A stretch of 64,000 bases of DNA from Cenarchaeum sp. (lineage in GTDB: Archaea; Thermoproteota; Nitrososphaeria; Nitrososphaerales; Nitrosopumilaceae). Where the stretch lies: the NCBI GenBank assembly GCA_965206845.1, contig OZ242221.1, positions 800,001 to 864,000 on the forward strand, written 5' to 3'. The translations under genes were made by a program, and so were the position numbers. Positions 60,421 through 64,000 of this stretch are shown piece after piece. Numbering within the stretch: the stretch's first letter is position 1; every line of letters begins with the position of its first letter. The notes beneath the pieces were generated by a model. That model saw nothing but the letters and a program-made list of their open reading frames with translations. It searched no databases and was not told the DNA's origin.

Positions 60421-61197
60421 ATGTTGGGCGGCAAACTCTACATAGTCGGGGTCGGGCCTGGAAGTCACGATCACATGACATTCCGCGCAAAGAGCGCCAT
60501 TGAGGAGAGCAACACCATAGTGGGCTATGAGACGTATGTCAACCTGGTGCAGGATCTGATTCACGGCAAGGACGTGTATCGCTACGCCATGACGCAAGAG
60601 GTGGAACGTGCGCGGCAGTGCATAGATCTTGCCGAGTCCGGCAGAACGGTCTCCCTGGTGTCCAGCGGAGACCCGGGCATATACGGAATGGCCGGCCTCA
60701 TATACGAGACGCTTGCAGAACGAGGCTGGAGCCCCAAGGACGGCCTTCCGGTGGAGGTCATACCCGGGGTATCGGCGCTGAACTCTTGCGCATCGATAAT
60801 TGGATCTCCACTGATGACTGACTTTGCCGTATTGAGCATGAGCGATCTGCTGGTTCCCTGGGAGATTATAATAAAGCGGGTGGAGGCCGCCGCCCGCGGG
60901 GACTTTGTCATTGTAATATACAACCCGTCCAGCAAGAAGCGGATTCACCAGCTGCAGGACACGAGGAAGCTGCTGCTGGAGTACAGAAAGCCGTCGACGC
61001 CGGTGGCGATAATAAAGGGGGCGTACCGGGAATCCCAGTCGGTGGTGCTCACGGATCTGGAGCACATGGAGGAGTACTCGAACAGGCTCGGCATGATCAG
61101 CACCGTAATTGTGGGAAACTCGTCTACGTACGCGTATGAGGAGCTGATGATAAACCCCAGGGGCTACAAGTCAAAGTACAACCTAAAGGAATCCTAG
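60421..61197 (+). CDS. cbiH: Precorrin-3B C17-methyltransferase
   Basis: VGVGPG, GY.TY, VSSGDPGIYGMA, PL..DF...S.SDLL.PW, YNP.S, PRGY. Confidence 0.95.
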   Translation: MLGGKLYIVGVGPGSHDHMTFRAKSAIEESNTIVGYETYVNLVQDLIHGKDVYRYAMTQEVERARQCIDLAESGRTVSLVSSGDPGIYGMAGLIYETLAERGWSPKDGLPVEVIPGVSALNSCASIIGSPLMTDFAVLSMSDLLVPWEIIIKRVEAAARGDFVIVIYNPSSKKRIHQLQDTRKLLLEYRKPSTPVAIIKGAYRESQSVVLTDLEHMEEYSNRLGMISTVIVGNSSTYAYEELMINPRGYKSKYNLKES

Positions 61198-62228
61198 GCA
61201 GGCTTTACCGTGTCCGTCAGATCGTCGCCCAAGACCAGCTTGTCCCTTATGGGCCCGACGATCTCTGTCAGGTACCGTGCCACGGTCTGTTTGAGGTCCA
61301 TGGGATGGATCCTGCCTGCTCCGAACTCCGCCTCCAGACTGTCATAGCTGCCAAAGGTGGCATCGCCGCCAAACTTTGCAGGCCGCTCTATTGTAACACT
61401 GCCAAACCTGTGGAATATGATATCCCTGCATATGGCAAGGGGCGGATTCCCTTCCACGACTCCCTGCTCACACCAGGCCTTTCTTACCTTTGACTGAATC
61501 ACGTCATCTGAGTCGTGAACGGATATGCTGTTGCCCGGATCCGTCTTGGACATCTTTCCGATGTCCTGGCCGTCGGGCCGCCGGATGAGTCCCGGAAGAA
61601 GCCTGTGGTGTACCGCCACAGGCACGCTCCAGCCCATCTTGGGAAAGATCTCCCGGGCCAGCATGTGGATCTTTCTCTGGTCCATACCGGCGTGCGCAAT
61701 ATCGGCATCAAGAAAATGAATGTCGGTGGCCTGCATGGGCGGATACAGCAGCCTTGCCAGATCTATCTTGTCCTCGCCCTCGGTCCTCCCCATAATGGTC
61801 AGCGTCCTCATCGTTCTTGCCAGCGACATGTGTTTTGTGAAGCGGACCAGCTCCGACCAGTACTCCTTCCTAAGGTCGTACAGGTCTGAACCCAGCACGA
61901 TGTTGACTCCCGGACACACGATGCGAAACGCATCGGCATAGTACTTGGAGACGCGCAGGATCAGATCCTGATCCCCGCCCATCTTGTCGTTGATCAGCGT
62001 GTGCCAGTCTGCCAGGAACACCGTGCAGTCCACGCCGGCCCGGATGAAGTCATTGATCTTGAATCCGGTGGTAACCAGGCTTCCCAGGTGCAGGCGGCCG
62101 GAGATCTCCAGGCCGATGTAGTGCTTGGGGCGGGACTTTGTCTCAAAGAGCGCGCGCAGCTCCCCGCGGGTTACCACCTCTTCTGTAGGCGGGCGGCTTA
62201 CCAGATCAACCTTCTCTAGAACATCCAC
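61194..62228 (-). CDS. tyrS: Tyrosine--tRNA ligase (archaeal type)
   Basis: YIGLEISG.LHLG, ADWH..IN.K, YP.MQ..D, GMDQRK.H, KMSK. Confidence 0.96.
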   Translation of the reverse strand: MDVLEKVDLVSRPPTEEVVTRGELRALFETKSRPKHYIGLEISGRLHLGSLVTTGFKINDFIRAGVDCTVFLADWHTLINDKMGGDQDLILRVSKYYADAFRIVCPGVNIVLGSDLYDLRKEYWSELVRFTKHMSLARTMRTLTIMGRTEGEDKIDLARLLYPPMQATDIHFLDADIAHAGMDQRKIHMLAREIFPKMGWSVPVAVHHRLLPGLIRRPDGQDIGKMSKTDPGNSISVHDSDDVIQSKVRKAWCEQGVVEGNPPLAICRDIIFHRFGSVTIERPAKFGGDATFGSYDSLEAEFGAGRIHPMDLKQTVARYLTEIVGPIRDKLVLGDDLTDTVKPA

Positions 62229-62259
62229 TGGTTATACCCCCACGGAATTTAGTATAAAT

Positions 62260-62835
62260 TTACGCCTCTGCATCGTCCAGGCCCTTCCGCTGTCTTGTGC
62301 TCAGATAGAACGCATGGGCGCTGATTATCAGCCCCATGAGGAACACCTTGGTGCTGAATATCAGGTTCCAGGGCCTGTCGGGATCCGGATAGGCCACGGT
62401 CAGCCTGTCTATGTCCGGAACCATGCCGTTCACTATTCCCGCGGAGATCTTTGCGTTGAGCACGGTGAAGCTCCACAGCACCTCATACAGCGTTATAACT
62501 ACGAATCCCAGCAGCATGAGCTGCAGCAGGGACATCTTCCACGAGCTTATCTTCCCCCGGGTTGTCTTCTTCCAGCCTATTCTAGATACGCAGTACCAGC
62601 CTATAATCGAGGAGAAGAATAGCCATGTGGTCAGCTTTGCGAAATTTTCAAAGGGCACCTCGGTGGTTACCAGAATCTCCCCCATGACGTACGTTCCGTC
62701 TCTCTCCCACTCCCCCAGCATGGCGTATGCGCCGTAGATCATGATGGATGTCATGATAAAGGCACACACGTAAAAGATGTACAGGAAGATGCGGTAGCCA
62801 ATATCTGTCTCTTGAAGGTGCCTCCTCTCCATCAA
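62260..62835 (-). CDS. Hypothetical multi-pass membrane protein
   Basis: Four hydrophobic segments (F.K..TW, YE..W.F, PWNL.F.TK). Confidence 0.75.
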   Translation of the reverse strand: MMERRHLQETDIGYRIFLYIFYVCAFIMTSIMIYGAYAMLGEWERDGTYVMGEILVTTEVPFENFAKLTTWLFFSSIIGWYCVSRIGWKKTTRGKISSWKMSLLQLMLLGFVVITLYEVLWSFTVLNAKISAGIVNGMVPDIDRLTVAYPDPDRPWNLIFSTKVFLMGLIISAHAFYLSTRQRKGLDDAEA

Positions 62836-63091
62836 CGGCGCCTCTTCTGCTCTGAAATATAAATTTCGGTTAACGTGGTATTTATTGGCAGGATGCCTTC
62901 AGGTGGATCGTGCCTGCACCAGCCATCGCAATGTGGGAACTCCGAGGACTCGGGGCCGCAGCGTGCCATCTGGTGCCGGTTCGCGGTATACCGCGCGGCC
63001 AGAGGACGCCGTCGCCTGCAGGACTGGCCGCTCCGGGGGTGCCGGTTTGTGCAAGCGCGCGCGATATGGCTGCTGCGCCGGAGCGGGTGGC

Positions 63092-63574
63092 ATGAACGGT
63101 ATCGAGTATGTACTCGGGGAGGCGTGCAAGATCCTGCTGCCCATACCCGAGGAGGTCTACCGCGGAAGCGACGGATCGCCTGTTGCCGTCTGTACGCTGT
63201 CCAGCATATCACTGCTAAAGGAGATTGCCAGCTCAGAGACGCTCGGGCGTGTGGCGATAGCGGGAAGGCTGCTCTCCGAGAACCGGGGCATTGACGCCCT
63301 GATCAGGTTTGTGGTATCCAGCCCAAATGTCAGGACCGTTGTGGTGTGCGGGCGGGAAGTCCGGGGGCACAGGGCAGGACACTCCCTGCTGGCGCTATAC
63401 AGGAATGGCGCCGATGGCGCCGGCAGGATAGTGGGCTCCAGCAGCCCTGATCCAGTGCTGCAGACGCCTCATGCCGAGATTGAGCGGTTCCGGAGGCAGG
63501 TAACCATAGTCGACCGGATAGGGCAGACGGATCGCGCCGAGATAGATCGGCTGGTCAGGTCCATGACTCAGTAG
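63092..63574 (+). CDS. MtrA-like (corrinoid-binding) protein
   Basis: VAVCTL.S, AG.L.SEN.GI, NVR....CG.EV.GH..G.SL.AL..NG..G.I.G..P. His ligand motif retained. Confidence 0.85.
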   Translation: MNGIEYVLGEACKILLPIPEEVYRGSDGSPVAVCTLSSISLLKEIASSETLGRVAIAGRLLSENRGIDALIRFVVSSPNVRTVVVCGREVRGHRAGHSLLALYRNGADGAGRIVGSSSPDPVLQTPHAEIERFRRQVTIVDRIGQTDRAEIDRLVRSMTQ

Positions 63575-63993
63575 CCGGCGCTCTGCCTGTCCCGGTTTAT
63601 CGCATTCTTGCGTTTGTACTCCTCTAGGAGATCGTCAGTTGTCAGTCCCAGTTCCAGTGATGCCTGAACCACAAAGTGCCACACGTCTATGAGCTCCTCC
63701 CGGGCCTGCTTCTCGTCAAAGGCGGTGGCAGTCTTCCACCACTTCCAGTTTGTCGTCCGCTGCAGCTCCACCGCCTCGTGCATGATGGCAGTGCACAGGA
63801 CGGATATCTTCTCCTCACGGCTGCCGGGGTACCTGTCTGACTTTGCCATTCCGACAAAATCCCTCTGCAGATCAAAGATAACCTCCAGCTTGTCTGGGAT
63901 CTCTTCTGCGGTCTGGGTCAATACACATGTGGTAGAATGCGGTGATCTAAAAGCATTCCCAAAGATGGAGCTGCGTCCTACAGACATAGCCAA
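63568..63993 (-). CDS. Dimeric (all-alpha, MazG-like) dUTPase
   Basis: HEAVEL...NWKWWK, EELID.WHF, Y..KN..N..RQ..GY. True start uncertain. Confidence 0.88.
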   Translation of the reverse strand: MAMSVGRSSIFGNAFRSPHSTTCVLTQTAEEIPDKLEVIFDLQRDFVGMAKSDRYPGSREEKISVLCTAIMHEAVELQRTTNWKWWKTATAFDEKQAREELIDVWHFVVQASLELGLTTDDLLEEYKRKNAINRDRQSAGY

Positions 63994-64000
63994 ACGCGCC

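Overview
This is chromosomal DNA of an ammonia-oxidising archaeon (Thaumarchaeota/Nitrosopumilaceae-like gene content). It looks unusually GC-rich by eye, as in host- or sponge-associated lineages (inference). Housekeeping content includes asd (partial), a split A1Ao ATP synthase locus (C, I, E, A, B, D, K) interleaved with an Amt ammonium transporter, pyrBI, thiolase+DUF35, class II ribonucleotide reductase nrdJ, nep1, tRNA-Gly(TCC), Rpp21, pyrH, tmk, an ABC1 kinase, a MacB/LolCDE-type ABC system, cbiH, tyrS, an MtrA-like protein and a dUTPase. The best candidates for undescribed biology are four. (1) A 16-25.6 kb nitrogen/nickel cluster has a ureohydrolase, a divergent urease-gamma homolog, an orphan UreF, a His-tailed chaperonin, a Ni permease and an SSS symporter, with no catalytic urease in the window. 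(2) An HTH + ATP-cone + catalytically dead class III RNR fusion lies divergent from nrdJ, with a palindrome in the shared spacer. (3) A 25.7-34.9 kb copper cluster encodes secreted proteins whose predicted mature N-termini start with His. (4) A catalytically degenerate solo Cas4-like Fe-S protein lies next to a structured intergenic RNA candidate and an unannotated 36-aa membrane peptide. No CRISPR array or rRNA was seen, and one transposase remnant was found. All calls come from reading motifs by eye, and no database searches were run.
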